This document shows positions 1-10,468 of a DNA stretch of 64,000 nucleotides, piece after piece. A program made the translations under genes and the position numbers. Numbering within the stretch: position 1 is the first letter of the stretch; each line of letters starts with the position of its first letter. The notes beneath the pieces were generated by a model, which searched no databases, was not told the origin of the DNA, and was given only the letters and a program-made list of their open reading frames with translations. The stretch comes from an uncultured bacterium. GTDB taxonomy: Bacteria; Zixibacteria; MSB-5A5; GN15; FEB-12. The DNA is taken from contig CBDVDR010000001.1 of NCBI GenBank assembly GCA_965372795.1, positions 1 to 64,000 on the forward strand, in the 5' to 3' direction.

Positions 1-108
1 AAGGAAAAACAAAAGTAGAATTGATTGATAAAAATGAAAGCGGTATTGTAACTGCTGATGCTGTTAAGTGGATAAAAAGATAATTTTGCGAATAAACTGG
101 AGTCGTTC

Positions 109-1578
109 ATGATTAAACATAATAAAGCATTCAGGGTAATACTATTAATTACGCTGATCACTCTTTTTACATCAATTATACACGCTGAACCATTGACCCT
201 TGAACAGTCATTAGAAATAGCTTTTGCAACCAGTCCAACGATGATTAATGCGGGTTATAATCTTGAAATCAGCGAACGAAATCTTGAGGCGCAAAAAGCA
301 GGTTTTAAATCCCAGTTTAATTTGACAATAACGCCTTATAGTCTAACTAAAGACGAGGTTTTTGATGATCGTTTTTCTGATTACATCACTCAGGAACAAA
401 CCAGATCGTCTACTCAATTTTCAATAATGCAGCCTATCAAATGGACCGATGGAACCTTGTCCCTAACAGAGCAGCTTATCTGGCGGGATGCTTCAAGTTC
501 ATTACCCAATTCTTTAAATGAAAGCTCTTACTATAATTCACTGACACTCAGATTCAGCCAGCCTTTGTTTACTTATAACCGATCAATGATGACCCTTCAA
601 GAGCTTGAGTTGTCCCTTGAGAATGCCCGTTTGAATTATGCCTTGCAGAAGTTACAGATCGAAAGCCAGGTAACCCGTGATTTTTTGAATTTGTATCATC
701 AACAGATGTCAGTTAAGATATCAGAAGAAGAAAAAAATAATTCTCAGGAAAGTTTTGATATTATAGTAAGTAAAGTTGAAGCGGGTATCTCGGCCTCGGA
801 AGAGCTTTATCAAGCCGAGCTTACTTTAGCCAATAACATTGCATCACTAGATAATTCTAAAATGCAATATGAAAATTCTCTGGATAACTTTAAAATACTT
901 TTAGGCATTCCCTTAGCAGAAGAACTTTCGGTAGTTTCTGATATAAAGAAAAATATTATCGAGGTTGACTATAATAGAGCAATTGAACATGGTTTGACCC
1001 ATAGAATGGAATTGCGCCAAAAGGATATTCAAATTCAGGAATCAATCAATAATCTGGTTCGGGCAGGTTCTCAAAATGAGTTTAAGGCTTCGATAGATTT
1101 GTCATACGGACTTACCGGGACGGATAAAGAGTTTGGGGAGGTTTTCAGTTCTACCAACAAAAATCAATCAGTAGCCATTACGTTGAATATACCGGTATTT
1201 GACTGGGGTCAGAAAAGACATCGGATAAAAGCAAGCGAGCTTCAATTAAAGAGCAGTCGGCTTTCAGCCAGTGAAGAGAAAAAACAAATACAGCTTCAGA
1301 TCAGACAATCATATCGTAATCTTCTGAATGAAAGAACTCAGATTGATATAGCCGAAAAAAATATTAAAAATGCCCGCTTAACTTATGAAATAAATTTAGA
1401 GCGGTATCGAAACGGTGATTTATCATCCAAAGATATTAGCTTTTATCAAAATCAGCTTTCCCGTGAACAGCTTAATGAAGTGGCAACCCTTATCAGTTAT
1501 CAGCTTGCCTTACTTGATTTAAAAATACGAACCCTTTGGGATTTCAGTAATAACCAATCGGTTATAGAATATAATTAG
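109..1578 (+). CDS. TolC-family outer membrane efflux channel
   Basis: 489 aa with a signal peptide and two OEP-like helical/beta repeats (LTLEQSLEIA..., LNIPVFDWGQ, YEINLERYRNG); GGAG RBS upstream; first gene of an MFP/RND operon. Confidence 0.9.
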   Translation: MIKHNKAFRVILLITLITLFTSIIHAEPLTLEQSLEIAFATSPTMINAGYNLEISERNLEAQKAGFKSQFNLTITPYSLTKDEVFDDRFSDYITQEQTRSSTQFSIMQPIKWTDGTLSLTEQLIWRDASSSLPNSLNESSYYNSLTLRFSQPLFTYNRSMMTLQELELSLENARLNYALQKLQIESQVTRDFLNLYHQQMSVKISEEEKNNSQESFDIIVSKVEAGISASEELYQAELTLANNIASLDNSKMQYENSLDNFKILLGIPLAEELSVVSDIKKNIIEVDYNRAIEHGLTHRMELRQKDIQIQESINNLVRAGSQNEFKASIDLSYGLTGTDKEFGEVFSSTNKNQSVAITLNIPVFDWGQKRHRIKASELQLKSSRLSASEEKKQIQLQIRQSYRNLLNERTQIDIAEKNIKNARLTYEINLERYRNGDLSSKDISFYQNQLSREQLNEVATLISYQLALLDLKIRTLWDFSNNQSVIEYN

Positions 1579-1588
1579 GAGTTTTCAA

Positions 1589-2647
1589 ATGAAAAAACTT
1601 TCAGCAATATTATCGACTTTAATTTTTTCGGTGCTAATCATCGGTTGTGATGATGACGGACCTGATATTGATCTTGAGTCGTCTATCCCGGTTCGAGTTG
1701 AGGCGGTAACTCAAAAGCCGATCAAGGAATATACTTTTGCAACGGGGACAGCCCAGGCAATGAATGAATCCAACTTTAATTCGTTTCAATCGGGATTGTA
1801 CCAAGTTCAAGTCAACGCCCGAACAGGAACACCCTTTACAATGGGCGACAGTGTTGAAATCGGTGATGTGATTGTCAAATTGGAAAATCCTGAATTTGAA
1901 AATCAGATATCGATTAAGTCTAAAAGTCTTAATTATGACATTTCGAAACGAGAGTTTGAAAAGCAAAAGAAGTTGTTTGAAAAAGGCGGTATCACGCTGC
2001 GCGAGTTAACCGATGCGGAGCGAAATTATATAGATTCAAAATACGCTTTGGAGAATGCCTCGCTGCAACTGGCTAAACTAACGGCTATTGCAACCTTTGG
2101 CGGTATAATCGTTGACCTGCCCTTTTACAGTGAAAATCAGCTTCTCAGTGCAGGCACACACTTAGTCAGTTTTATGGATTATTCAAAAATGGTAATTGAT
2201 ATTACGCTTCCCGGAAAAGAGATGGGTCGAATTCATAAAAATCAAAAAGCTTTTATCACCAATTATAATAATGCCACTGATACATTAGATGCAATAATTA
2301 CACAGGTCTCCCCTACCTTGAATCCGGAGACTAGAATGTTTAAGGCTTCTTTAGAAATTGATAACAGCTCATTAAATTTCCGTCCCGGGATGTTTGTCAA
2401 GGTTGACATAATAGTAGATTCGAAAGATTCCACGCTGGTTATTCGAAAAGATGTCGTTCAACAACGACGTGGCGAAAAAACCGTTTATATAGTTGATAAA
2501 GGTGTTGCTCTTGAGCGAGTTATTGAAACAGGTCTTGAAAATAACGAAGAGATTGAAATTCTCAGCGGACTTGAAGCTGATGATCGGCTGGTTATTGAGG
2601 GATTTGAAACGCTCCGTCATCGTTCAAAAGTTAGAGTTTCAAAATAA
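1589..2647 (+). CDS. RND efflux periplasmic adaptor (membrane fusion protein), probable lipoprotein
   Basis: 352 aa; lipobox LIIGC; lipoyl, hairpin and beta-barrel motifs (FRPGMFVKV, ETGLENNEEIEILSGL...LVIEG); 10 bp after tolC-like gene. Confidence 0.9.
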   Translation: MKKLSAILSTLIFSVLIIGCDDDGPDIDLESSIPVRVEAVTQKPIKEYTFATGTAQAMNESNFNSFQSGLYQVQVNARTGTPFTMGDSVEIGDVIVKLENPEFENQISIKSKSLNYDISKREFEKQKKLFEKGGITLRELTDAERNYIDSKYALENASLQLAKLTAIATFGGIIVDLPFYSENQLLSAGTHLVSFMDYSKMVIDITLPGKEMGRIHKNQKAFITNYNNATDTLDAIITQVSPTLNPETRMFKASLEIDNSSLNFRPGMFVKVDIIVDSKDSTLVIRKDVVQQRRGEKTVYIVDKGVALERVIETGLENNEEIEILSGLEADDRLVIEGFETLRHRSKVRVSK

Positions 2648-2666
2648 ATCCTGATAGGAAAAACTA

Positions 2667-5600
2667 ATGTACAAATTTGCACAATTCTCTGTCAGGTACC
2701 CTACTACGGTAGTAATGGTTGTTTTAGCAATCCTCCTGCTCGGATATATTTCGTTCACAAGATTAGGGGTTGATCTTCTGCCTGATCTCAACAACCCAAG
2801 ACTGTTTGTTGAAATTGAAGCGGGTGAACGTCCGCCTGAGGAGATGGAGAATCTATTTGTTGAGCAGATGGAATCGGTAGCAGCCCGGGGCAGGAAAGTT
2901 GTCAATGTTTCCTCTATTTCAAGAGTCGGTAAAGCTCAAATAGCAGTTGAGTACAGCTGGGATGCTGACATGGATGAATCGTTTCTCGATTTGCAAAAAG
3001 CGGTAGCGGATTTTTCACAAAACAGCGATGCCGATAAAGTCAGGGTCAGTCAGTACGACCCGAATGCTATGCCGATTGTTGTGGCGGTGCTCTCGCATCC
3101 TGAAATAACTGATCTCAACGAACTTAGAAAGACCGCAGAAAATAATATCCGCAACGAGTTGATTCGTTTACCGGGGGTCGCTTCGGCAGAACTTGTCGGT
3201 CAAAGGGAACGTGAGATTGAAATTAAAACCGACCCTTACACGCTTGAGGCTTATGGCATAACCATTGAACAGATTGCCAATGCAATTCAAAGCAATAATC
3301 GCAATGTCAGCGGCGGTTCATTGGTGGAGATGGGGACACGTTATGTAATCAGAGGGGTTGGTGAATTTGGAAACCTTGATGATTTAGAAAATTTGATTAT
3401 AACTTATAAATCACCCGGAGTAAATCAACAGGAGTCTTATAAACGCTCGCCGGTTTATTTAAGAGAAGTAGCAGAAGTTAATTTTGTTTTAAGTGAAGCC
3501 GAAAATATTGTACGTTTGAACGGCAAACGAGCTTTAGCAATTGAAATTTTCAAAGAAGCCCGTTTTAACACTATTGATGCCTCTCAGGCTGTCAATGAAC
3601 AGCTTCGTAAAATACAAAAATCTTTACCCGGCTATAAAATCCAGATAATAAAAGATCAAGCCTCTTTTATTCGTTCATCTGTTGAAGAAGTCGAACAGAC
3701 CGGATTGATCGGAATTCTTTTAGCGGTGTTGGTTCTGTTTGTATTCTTAAGACGTATCGGGGTTACGGCAGTGATTAGTTTTGCCATTCCTATTTCAATT
3801 GTTGCAACATTTAATCTTATGTTTTTTAACGGGTTGACCCTCAACATAATGACGCTGGGAGGGCTGGCTCTGGGAGCCGGGATGTTGGTCGACAATGCGA
3901 TTGTGGTGGTTGAAAATATATTTCGTCATTTGGAGAGCGGAAAACCGATTTCAGAAGCGGCCGTGCTTGGCGTTGGTGAAGTAGGCGGTGCAATCACCAG
4001 TTCAACATTGACGACAATCATTGTTTTCCTGCCGATAGTTTATCTTCATGGCGCCGCCGGGGAGCTTTTTAAAGAGCAGGCCTGGACAGTGGCGTTTTCT
4101 TTGATTTCCTCACTCTTTGTGGCGCTGTTTGTTATTCCGATGCTGGCTTCAAAATTTCTAAAAAAGAAACAACAACAGGTTAATCCAAAAAGTTTATCAT
4201 TCCCGGGATATAAAAAGCTGTTAAGTTTTACTTTATCCAAAAGAAAAACAGTAATTCTGGGCAGCATAATTTTAGTAATTATTACTATCTTAGCCATTCC
4301 ATTTGTCGGCAGTGAGTTTATGCCGGCGGCTGATCAGGCAGACATATATATAGAGATCACTCTTCCGGAAGGCACCTCGCTTGAGCGTACCGAAGGGGTG
4401 ATAAAAAATATAGAGACACAAATATCTCAAAACTTTGGAGAATATATATCAGATATTTTTTCCAAAGTTGGTCCCGGCGGAGCATCGACTGATGAACTTG
4501 ATGCCTTGAAAGATGAGAACAACGCTGTCATTCATTTGAATTTGCAAACTGACAGTAAAATTTCAATTGGAACTCTTGCCGGCGGGTTAGACGAAATCAT
4601 TTCTGATATACCGGATGCCGAGACAAAGTTGATTTTACAACAGACAGCCCTTCAAATGACATTGGGTACAACTTCCGCTCCGGTCGCTATTGAAGTCAAA
4701 GGTGAAAATCTTGATGAACTCCAAAAACTGTGCGATTCAATAATTGCACGCATCTCCCCTATTGAAGAGCTGGCGAATATTGAGTCGAGTTTTCAAAAAG
4801 GGCGTCCGGAAATAAATATTGAGATAGATCATACGGTTGCTTCCCAGTTTTCACTTGATGCTTCAACAATCGGTACAACGGTGCGGGATCTTTTATCCGG
4901 ACGTGATGCCGGACAGATGGAATATCAGGGTGATTATTCAGATCTCGTTTTGAGGCGGGCGGATATGTCAATTAGTGAGCTTGAAAGAATTCTGATAGAG
5001 ACTAACACCGGACAACGAGTCCGGCTTGATGAAGTAGCCCGGCTGACTTTTTCAAATTCACCAAGAGAAATTATTCGCAACAATCAGTCTCGAATCGGAC
5101 GGGTAACATCCCAAATCATCAGCGATAAATCGTTTGATAAAATTTCCGGCAAGGTCAAAGCTGCAATCGCCGGCTTAATTTTACCGGCAGAATATTCACT
5201 ATCAATAACAGGCGAAGAGAAATTACGCGAAGAAGCTTTTGGGAATTTAAAATTTGCCCTGTTATTATCTTTAATTTTAGTATACATGGTAATGGCAGCT
5301 CAATTTGAATCGTTGCTTCATCCCTTTGTAATTCTTTTATCTGTACCACTGGCAGGGGTCGGAACTGTTTTACTTCTGCTTATTATGGGGATGCCTTTTA
5401 ATATAATGTCATTTATCGGGATTATCATGCTTGGCGGAATTGCAGTCAACGATTCGATTATCCTTGTAGATCGAATCAACCAGAACCGCCGATCCGGCTC
5501 TAATTTGAATGATGCGATAGTGGCTGCCGGTTCAAGTCGGATCCGGCCGATTATTATGACATCGGCAACGACTATTTTAGCTTTGCTTCCTTTAACATTT

Positions 5601-5753
5601 GGATTCGGTGAAGGAGCATCCCTGCGGGCACCTATGGCGGTGGCTGTTATCGGTGGATTGGTCAGCTCGACCTTTTTAACATTAATTGTTATTCCATCGG
5701 TGTATCATCTATTAGCAGGTCACAAAGAAATCAGAACGGAGTTTGATAAGTAG
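2667..5753 (+). CDS. RND permease, AcrB/AcrD/AcrF family
   Basis: 1028 aa; TM4 GMLVDNAIVVVENI, TM10 GIAVNDSIILVD, TM11 RIRPIIMTS; two periplasmic porter loops. Confidence 0.93.
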   Translation: MYKFAQFSVRYPTTVVMVVLAILLLGYISFTRLGVDLLPDLNNPRLFVEIEAGERPPEEMENLFVEQMESVAARGRKVVNVSSISRVGKAQIAVEYSWDADMDESFLDLQKAVADFSQNSDADKVRVSQYDPNAMPIVVAVLSHPEITDLNELRKTAENNIRNELIRLPGVASAELVGQREREIEIKTDPYTLEAYGITIEQIANAIQSNNRNVSGGSLVEMGTRYVIRGVGEFGNLDDLENLIITYKSPGVNQQESYKRSPVYLREVAEVNFVLSEAENIVRLNGKRALAIEIFKEARFNTIDASQAVNEQLRKIQKSLPGYKIQIIKDQASFIRSSVEEVEQTGLIGILLAVLVLFVFLRRIGVTAVISFAIPISIVATFNLMFFNGLTLNIMTLGGLALGAGMLVDNAIVVVENIFRHLESGKPISEAAVLGVGEVGGAITSSTLTTIIVFLPIVYLHGAAGELFKEQAWTVAFSLISSLFVALFVIPMLASKFLKKKQQQVNPKSLSFPGYKKLLSFTLSKRKTVILGSIILVIITILAIPFVGSEFMPAADQADIYIEITLPEGTSLERTEGVIKNIETQISQNFGEYISDIFSKVGPGGASTDELDALKDENNAVIHLNLQTDSKISIGTLAGGLDEIISDIPDAETKLILQQTALQMTLGTTSAPVAIEVKGENLDELQKLCDSIIARISPIEELANIESSFQKGRPEINIEIDHTVASQFSLDASTIGTTVRDLLSGRDAGQMEYQGDYSDLVLRRADMSISELERILIETNTGQRVRLDEVARLTFSNSPREIIRNNQSRIGRVTSQIISDKSFDKISGKVKAAIAGLILPAEYSLSITGEEKLREEAFGNLKFALLLSLILVYMVMAAQFESLLHPFVILLSVPLAGVGTVLLLLIMGMPFNIMSFIGIIMLGGIAVNDSIILVDRINQNRRSGSNLNDAIVAAGSSRIRPIIMTSATTILALLPLTFGFGEGASLRAPMAVAVIGGLVSSTFLTLIVIPSVYHLLAGHKEIRTEFDK

Positions 5754-5758
5754 TAAGC

Positions 5759-8700
5759 ATGGTAAAGTTTTTTATTAAAAGACCTGTTCTGGTCGGGATG
5801 TTGATTACCGGATTCTGTTTACTCGGGATAATCTCATATTCACAACTACCGGTCGAATTGATTCCATTTACCGAACTCCCCATGCTCATAGTTCATGTCG
5901 GCACAGCCCGTGATGCTACCCCTGAGTATCTTGAAAACAACGCAGTGATAAAGCTTGAAGGCGCTATCGCTTCATTAGAAAATATTGAACGGATAGAATC
6001 GAACATTGATCGGCGGCGGGGTATAATTTTTGTTTATTATAACCAAAAAGCTAATATAAAATATGAGTATTTGAAACTTCAGGAAAAAGTAAATCAGGTT
6101 CAAATCGAATTCGGTCAGGATTTTTTTGCGGCAGTATGGAAAGTTGACTCGGAACAACTATCGAATATGTTTATGAGCCTTCAGGCTCGCGGAACAGGAA
6201 GTCTGGACCAGATCAGAGAAGTCATCGACAAAAAGGTTACCAGGGATCTTGAAAATATAGACGGCGTTTCAAATGTAGAAATATATGGCGGGAAACAGCG
6301 GTCGGTTGAGGTGCTGCTTGATGATCAGACACTAAAAGCATACAATCTGACCCCTAATCAGGTTTCATCTGCTATTTCAAAAGAGAGCAGTAATCGCCAA
6401 TTTTTGGGTCAGGTTACCGAGGGTAACAGGCAGTATTTTGTAAACCTGATATCGGGCTATTCTTCCTTAAGCAATATTGAGAATGTGATAATTAAACCAG
6501 ATGGTCCTCTTTATTTAAAAGATATTGCAGAGATAGTCGAAGGCGGGTCGGATGAAACTTCCATCTCCCGCATTAACGGAATGGAATCAATTTCCATTAC
6601 CCTGATTCGCGACCAGCAATCGAATCTTCTTAGTCTGTCACATGAGACCAGAGATATTATTAAATCTTTAAATGAAAAGATAGCTTCGGATGGAGTCGAA
6701 TTAATAATCCAGAATGATGCCGCTGAAATTATAGAAGATAACATTGATACAATAAAAATGCTCGCCTTGATAGGCGGAATTCTTGCAATAATAATTCTCT
6801 GGATATTTTTGAAAAATTTACCGATGGTGCTCACCGTCGCAGCCTCGATACCTATTTCAATTTTGATCTCGATGAATTTCTTTTATGCCTTTGATATCTC
6901 AATTAATACTTTGACTCTGGTCGGGATTGCGATAGCGATTGGTATGCTTTTGGATAACAGCATCGTTGTCCTTGAAAATATTCATCGAAAACTTGCTCTT
7001 GGGAAAAGTAAATATGATTCTGTGGTTGACGGAACCAGTGAAGTTATCAGAGCCGTATCGGCATCTACTTTGACAACTGTTTGTGTGTTTTTGCCGTTTG
7101 TATTTTCTGAAAACTTCCTTATCCAAACAATGGGTCGTCATGTGGGTGTATCAATAATATCAACTCTGTTGGTATCTTTGGTTGTCGCCTTTTTATTGAT
7201 CCCTGTTTTTGCTTATCGCTTCCTGTTAAGTTCATCCGGAGCCAATGTTCATAATTTTAATATAATTTCCCAGAAAAACCGTTTGCAGCAGATCTATACC
7301 CTGCTGTTAAAATCCTGCCTTCGCTTCCCCGCCCGAACGGTCCTGCTTGGGATAACTGCCTTTTTTGTCAGTATAATAATCAGCCTTGCCCTTAGTATTA
7401 ATATCAGCGAAGAAGTCGAGACCGAGACATTTCAGATGTACGCCACGATGCCTTCCGGCACAACCCTCAAGTCTTCAGATGAGCAAGTCATTTTGATGGA
7501 TGAACGTCTATTAGAAATAGCAGAACTTGACGATCGCACGGCAAATATTCAGGAAGATAATATAGTTTTCTCGTTTAAATTAAAAGAGGATTATGACGAA
7601 ATTGATAAGCGGGATTTACCAGAGATCAAAGATGATATTCTTGAAAAACTGAACAATGGATTTCCGCGAGTAGATTTTTCTTATGAACAACCGGCAACAA
7701 ACTCCCGTTTTCGCGGTAGAGCCGGCGGAGGGTTTGGCGGCAGAGCTTTCCAACGATTATTAGGGATTGGCGAAAGCGAAGAAAAAGTTGTTATTAAGGG
7801 AAGTAACCTTGCTGTCCTTCGTAATATTGCCGATGACATCGAATTTAATATTGGAAACCTTGTGACGATTAGATCGGTTGACGTTTCTGTTTCAGATCAG
7901 CAACCGGGGATTGATCTGATAATTGATAAATTGGTTATGGGTTATTACAATGTTTCAAACAATGCGTTAATCAGCGAACTGGGTAGTTTCCAAAATGAAT
8001 CATCCACCGGAGTGAACCTAATACAAGGTTCGGATAAAATAAGTATCATTCTAAAAAATGATGATTTGGAAGAGAAAGACAGCGATGATTTAAAAGAATT
8101 ACAAATTCCTTCAAATTCAGGTGGCACCGTTCCGCTGACCCAGCTTGCATCACTGGTATATAATACCGGCTATTCCAATATCAATCGTGTTAATCAGGAA
8201 AAACAGGTTGAAGTTATTTATAAATTTGTCGCCGATGTTAATGAATCTAAAGAACTGCTTGATAATGCCCGTCTTGAAGTTGACCAAATTGCCGCAACTA
8301 TTACTCCTCCGGCTGGCGTGGCAATTGAAGTTGTTCACGATGAGACTGATTATTCTGAATTCTATTTTCTAATTGCAGCTTCGATTGTTCTAATATTTAT
8401 GATCCTTGCATCGGTTTTCGAATCACTTATAACGCCGCTGGTAATGATGTTTACAATTCCGCTGGCAACTATAGGTGCGTTTTGGGGATTAATCCTGACC
8501 GGCAATTCAATTTTGAATGCTAACGCCCTGATTGGATTATTGATCCTGCTTGGGGTTGTTGTAAATAATGGGATTATTTATATCGACTATTCAAGATTCC
8601 TAAGGAAAAAAGGTTATCGTCCTTCGCGAGCGTTGATTGCCGCCGGACAAGCGAGAGTGCGACCGATTTTGATAACTGCTATTACTACGGTACTGGCTAT

Positions 8701-10468
8701 GCTGCCGCTTGCGATGGGTAAAGCAGAATATGTCGCTCAAATCGGAGCACCTTTTGCAATCACAGTAATTGGAGGATTAAGTTTTGGAACTTTGTTTACA
8801 TTGATATTAGTTCCAACTGTTTCTTTTGGAATGAACAATGCTTTGAAATGGTGGCACGACCTTTCATGGAAATTAAAAGTTTTACAAGGGCTCGGTTTTC
8901 TTGGTGGAACTATACTGATTTATTTTAATGTCGAAGCGGTATTGTGGCAATTTGTTAATGTTACAGCCCTGCTCTCAATAATACCATCACTTGTGTATTT
9001 TGTTCAGGTTTCCCTTAGAAGGTCACGATCAGATATTATTCCAGCCAACAGCCCAATAAAAATAAATATCAGAAATCTGGTAAAGAAATATGACGATTTT
9101 TCCAGATTTACAAGAGAGTGGAATAAAGCTGAACGACAGAAACAAAGTAAATTTGGCAAAGTCAAAGATGCTGAAACGGATTCAGCTTCAAATATTTATT
9201 GGCATCTTCCGTTATATTTTTTCCATTACTATTTTGTATTCATTTATCTTGAAGGAAATTTCTGGAACATATTACTTAGCGTATCATTTTTCATATACTC
9301 TTTGAAAATTATCTCCATGATACGGGTGCAAATTTCAAAACTGTCTAAAAAATACCTGAATAAATTAATGTCGATCGTTAATATATTATTTTTCTGGTTC
9401 TTCCCTTTGGGATTTTTGATATGGCATAATATGCGCACAGAGAATCTGACAGTTACAATCCTGCTTAGCCTGCTCTGGTATCCAGCGATTCTAATTTATC
9501 ATGGTTCAAAAAAATTGTATCGTGAAAAAATTGACATCAACCGTCTGAAGGGTCGATTCAAATGGATACGAAAAAACTTCTATCGGTTAGTTAAAACTAT
9601 CCCGATCATTGGGAAAAAGAAAATTCCTTTCTCGGCTCTGAATCAGGTCTCTTTAGAGATCGGCAACGGGATGTATGGTTTGATTGGTCCCAACGGCGCC
9701 GGCAAAACTACCTTGATGAGAGTTATTTGCGGTGTGCTCGAACAAAGTCGGGGAAAAATTACAATTAACGATATGGATATTAATGAGTATCGTGAAGAAC
9801 TTCAGGCTTTAATCGGATATCTTCCACAGGAATTCGGCACCTATGAAAACATGACCGCTTATGAATTCCTTGATTATCAGGCCTTACTCAAAGGCAATAC
9901 CGACAGTGTTAAACGGGCAGAAATTGTAAACAAAGCGATACAATCAGTTCATCTGATGGAAAATCAAAATAATAAGATTAAAACATTTTCCGGAGGTATG
10001 AAACAAAGGGTCGGTATTGCTCAAACATTGCTGCATCTTCCGAGAATTCTGGTTGTTGATGAACCTACAGCCGGATTGGATCCTAAGGAACGAATCCGAT
10101 TTAGAAATCTTCTTTCAGAGTTGTCACGAAACCGTATTGTAATTTTCTCAACTCATATTATTGAAGATATTTCCAGCTCTTGCAACAAACTTGCGGTCCT
10201 TGATGATGGGAAAGTAAAATTCACCGGAAGTCCGCAGGAAATGGTGGAACTGGCTAAGGGCGTTGTATGGCAGATGAAAGTCAGTGAAGAAAAGTTCGAA
10301 GAGTTGCGATCAAAATATCGAGTAGTGCATCATATAAGCGAACATAACGAAATCCGGGTTAGATTGATATCAAACATCAAACCATCTGATGATGCAATTC
10401 CGGTCAACCCGTCACTTGAAGATTCTTACTTATGGCTTTTAGATCAAAAGGAAGCCGATCATGCATAA
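5759..10468 (+). CDS. RND permease fused to extra TM helices and a C-terminal ABC ATPase domain
   Basis: 1569-aa uninterrupted ORF. Residues ~1-1025 are RND (GMLLDNSIVVLENI, RVRPILITA). The C-terminus has Walker A GPNGAGKTT, Q-loop YLPQ, signature FSGGMKQR, Walker B ILVVDEPT and H-loop STH. Confidence 0.9.
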   Translation: MVKFFIKRPVLVGMLITGFCLLGIISYSQLPVELIPFTELPMLIVHVGTARDATPEYLENNAVIKLEGAIASLENIERIESNIDRRRGIIFVYYNQKANIKYEYLKLQEKVNQVQIEFGQDFFAAVWKVDSEQLSNMFMSLQARGTGSLDQIREVIDKKVTRDLENIDGVSNVEIYGGKQRSVEVLLDDQTLKAYNLTPNQVSSAISKESSNRQFLGQVTEGNRQYFVNLISGYSSLSNIENVIIKPDGPLYLKDIAEIVEGGSDETSISRINGMESISITLIRDQQSNLLSLSHETRDIIKSLNEKIASDGVELIIQNDAAEIIEDNIDTIKMLALIGGILAIIILWIFLKNLPMVLTVAASIPISILISMNFFYAFDISINTLTLVGIAIAIGMLLDNSIVVLENIHRKLALGKSKYDSVVDGTSEVIRAVSASTLTTVCVFLPFVFSENFLIQTMGRHVGVSIISTLLVSLVVAFLLIPVFAYRFLLSSSGANVHNFNIISQKNRLQQIYTLLLKSCLRFPARTVLLGITAFFVSIIISLALSINISEEVETETFQMYATMPSGTTLKSSDEQVILMDERLLEIAELDDRTANIQEDNIVFSFKLKEDYDEIDKRDLPEIKDDILEKLNNGFPRVDFSYEQPATNSRFRGRAGGGFGGRAFQRLLGIGESEEKVVIKGSNLAVLRNIADDIEFNIGNLVTIRSVDVSVSDQQPGIDLIIDKLVMGYYNVSNNALISELGSFQNESSTGVNLIQGSDKISIILKNDDLEEKDSDDLKELQIPSNSGGTVPLTQLASLVYNTGYSNINRVNQEKQVEVIYKFVADVNESKELLDNARLEVDQIAATITPPAGVAIEVVHDETDYSEFYFLIAASIVLIFMILASVFESLITPLVMMFTIPLATIGAFWGLILTGNSILNANALIGLLILLGVVVNNGIIYIDYSRFLRKKGYRPSRALIAAGQARVRPILITAITTVLAMLPLAMGKAEYVAQIGAPFAITVIGGLSFGTLFTLILVPTVSFGMNNALKWWHDLSWKLKVLQGLGFLGGTILIYFNVEAVLWQFVNVTALLSIIPSLVYFVQVSLRRSRSDIIPANSPIKINIRNLVKKYDDFSRFTREWNKAERQKQSKFGKVKDAETDSASNIYWHLPLYFFHYYFVFIYLEGNFWNILLSVSFFIYSLKIISMIRVQISKLSKKYLNKLMSIVNILFFWFFPLGFLIWHNMRTENLTVTILLSLLWYPAILIYHGSKKLYREKIDINRLKGRFKWIRKNFYRLVKTIPIIGKKKIPFSALNQVSLEIGNGMYGLIGPNGAGKTTLMRVICGVLEQSRGKITINDMDINEYREELQALIGYLPQEFGTYENMTAYEFLDYQALLKGNTDSVKRAEIVNKAIQSVHLMENQNNKIKTFSGGMKQRVGIAQTLLHLPRILVVDEPTAGLDPKERIRFRNLLSELSRNRIVIFSTHIIEDISSSCNKLAVLDDGKVKFTGSPQEMVELAKGVVWQMKVSEEKFEELRSKYRVVHHISEHNEIRVRLISNIKPSDDAIPVNPSLEDSYLWLLDQKEADHA

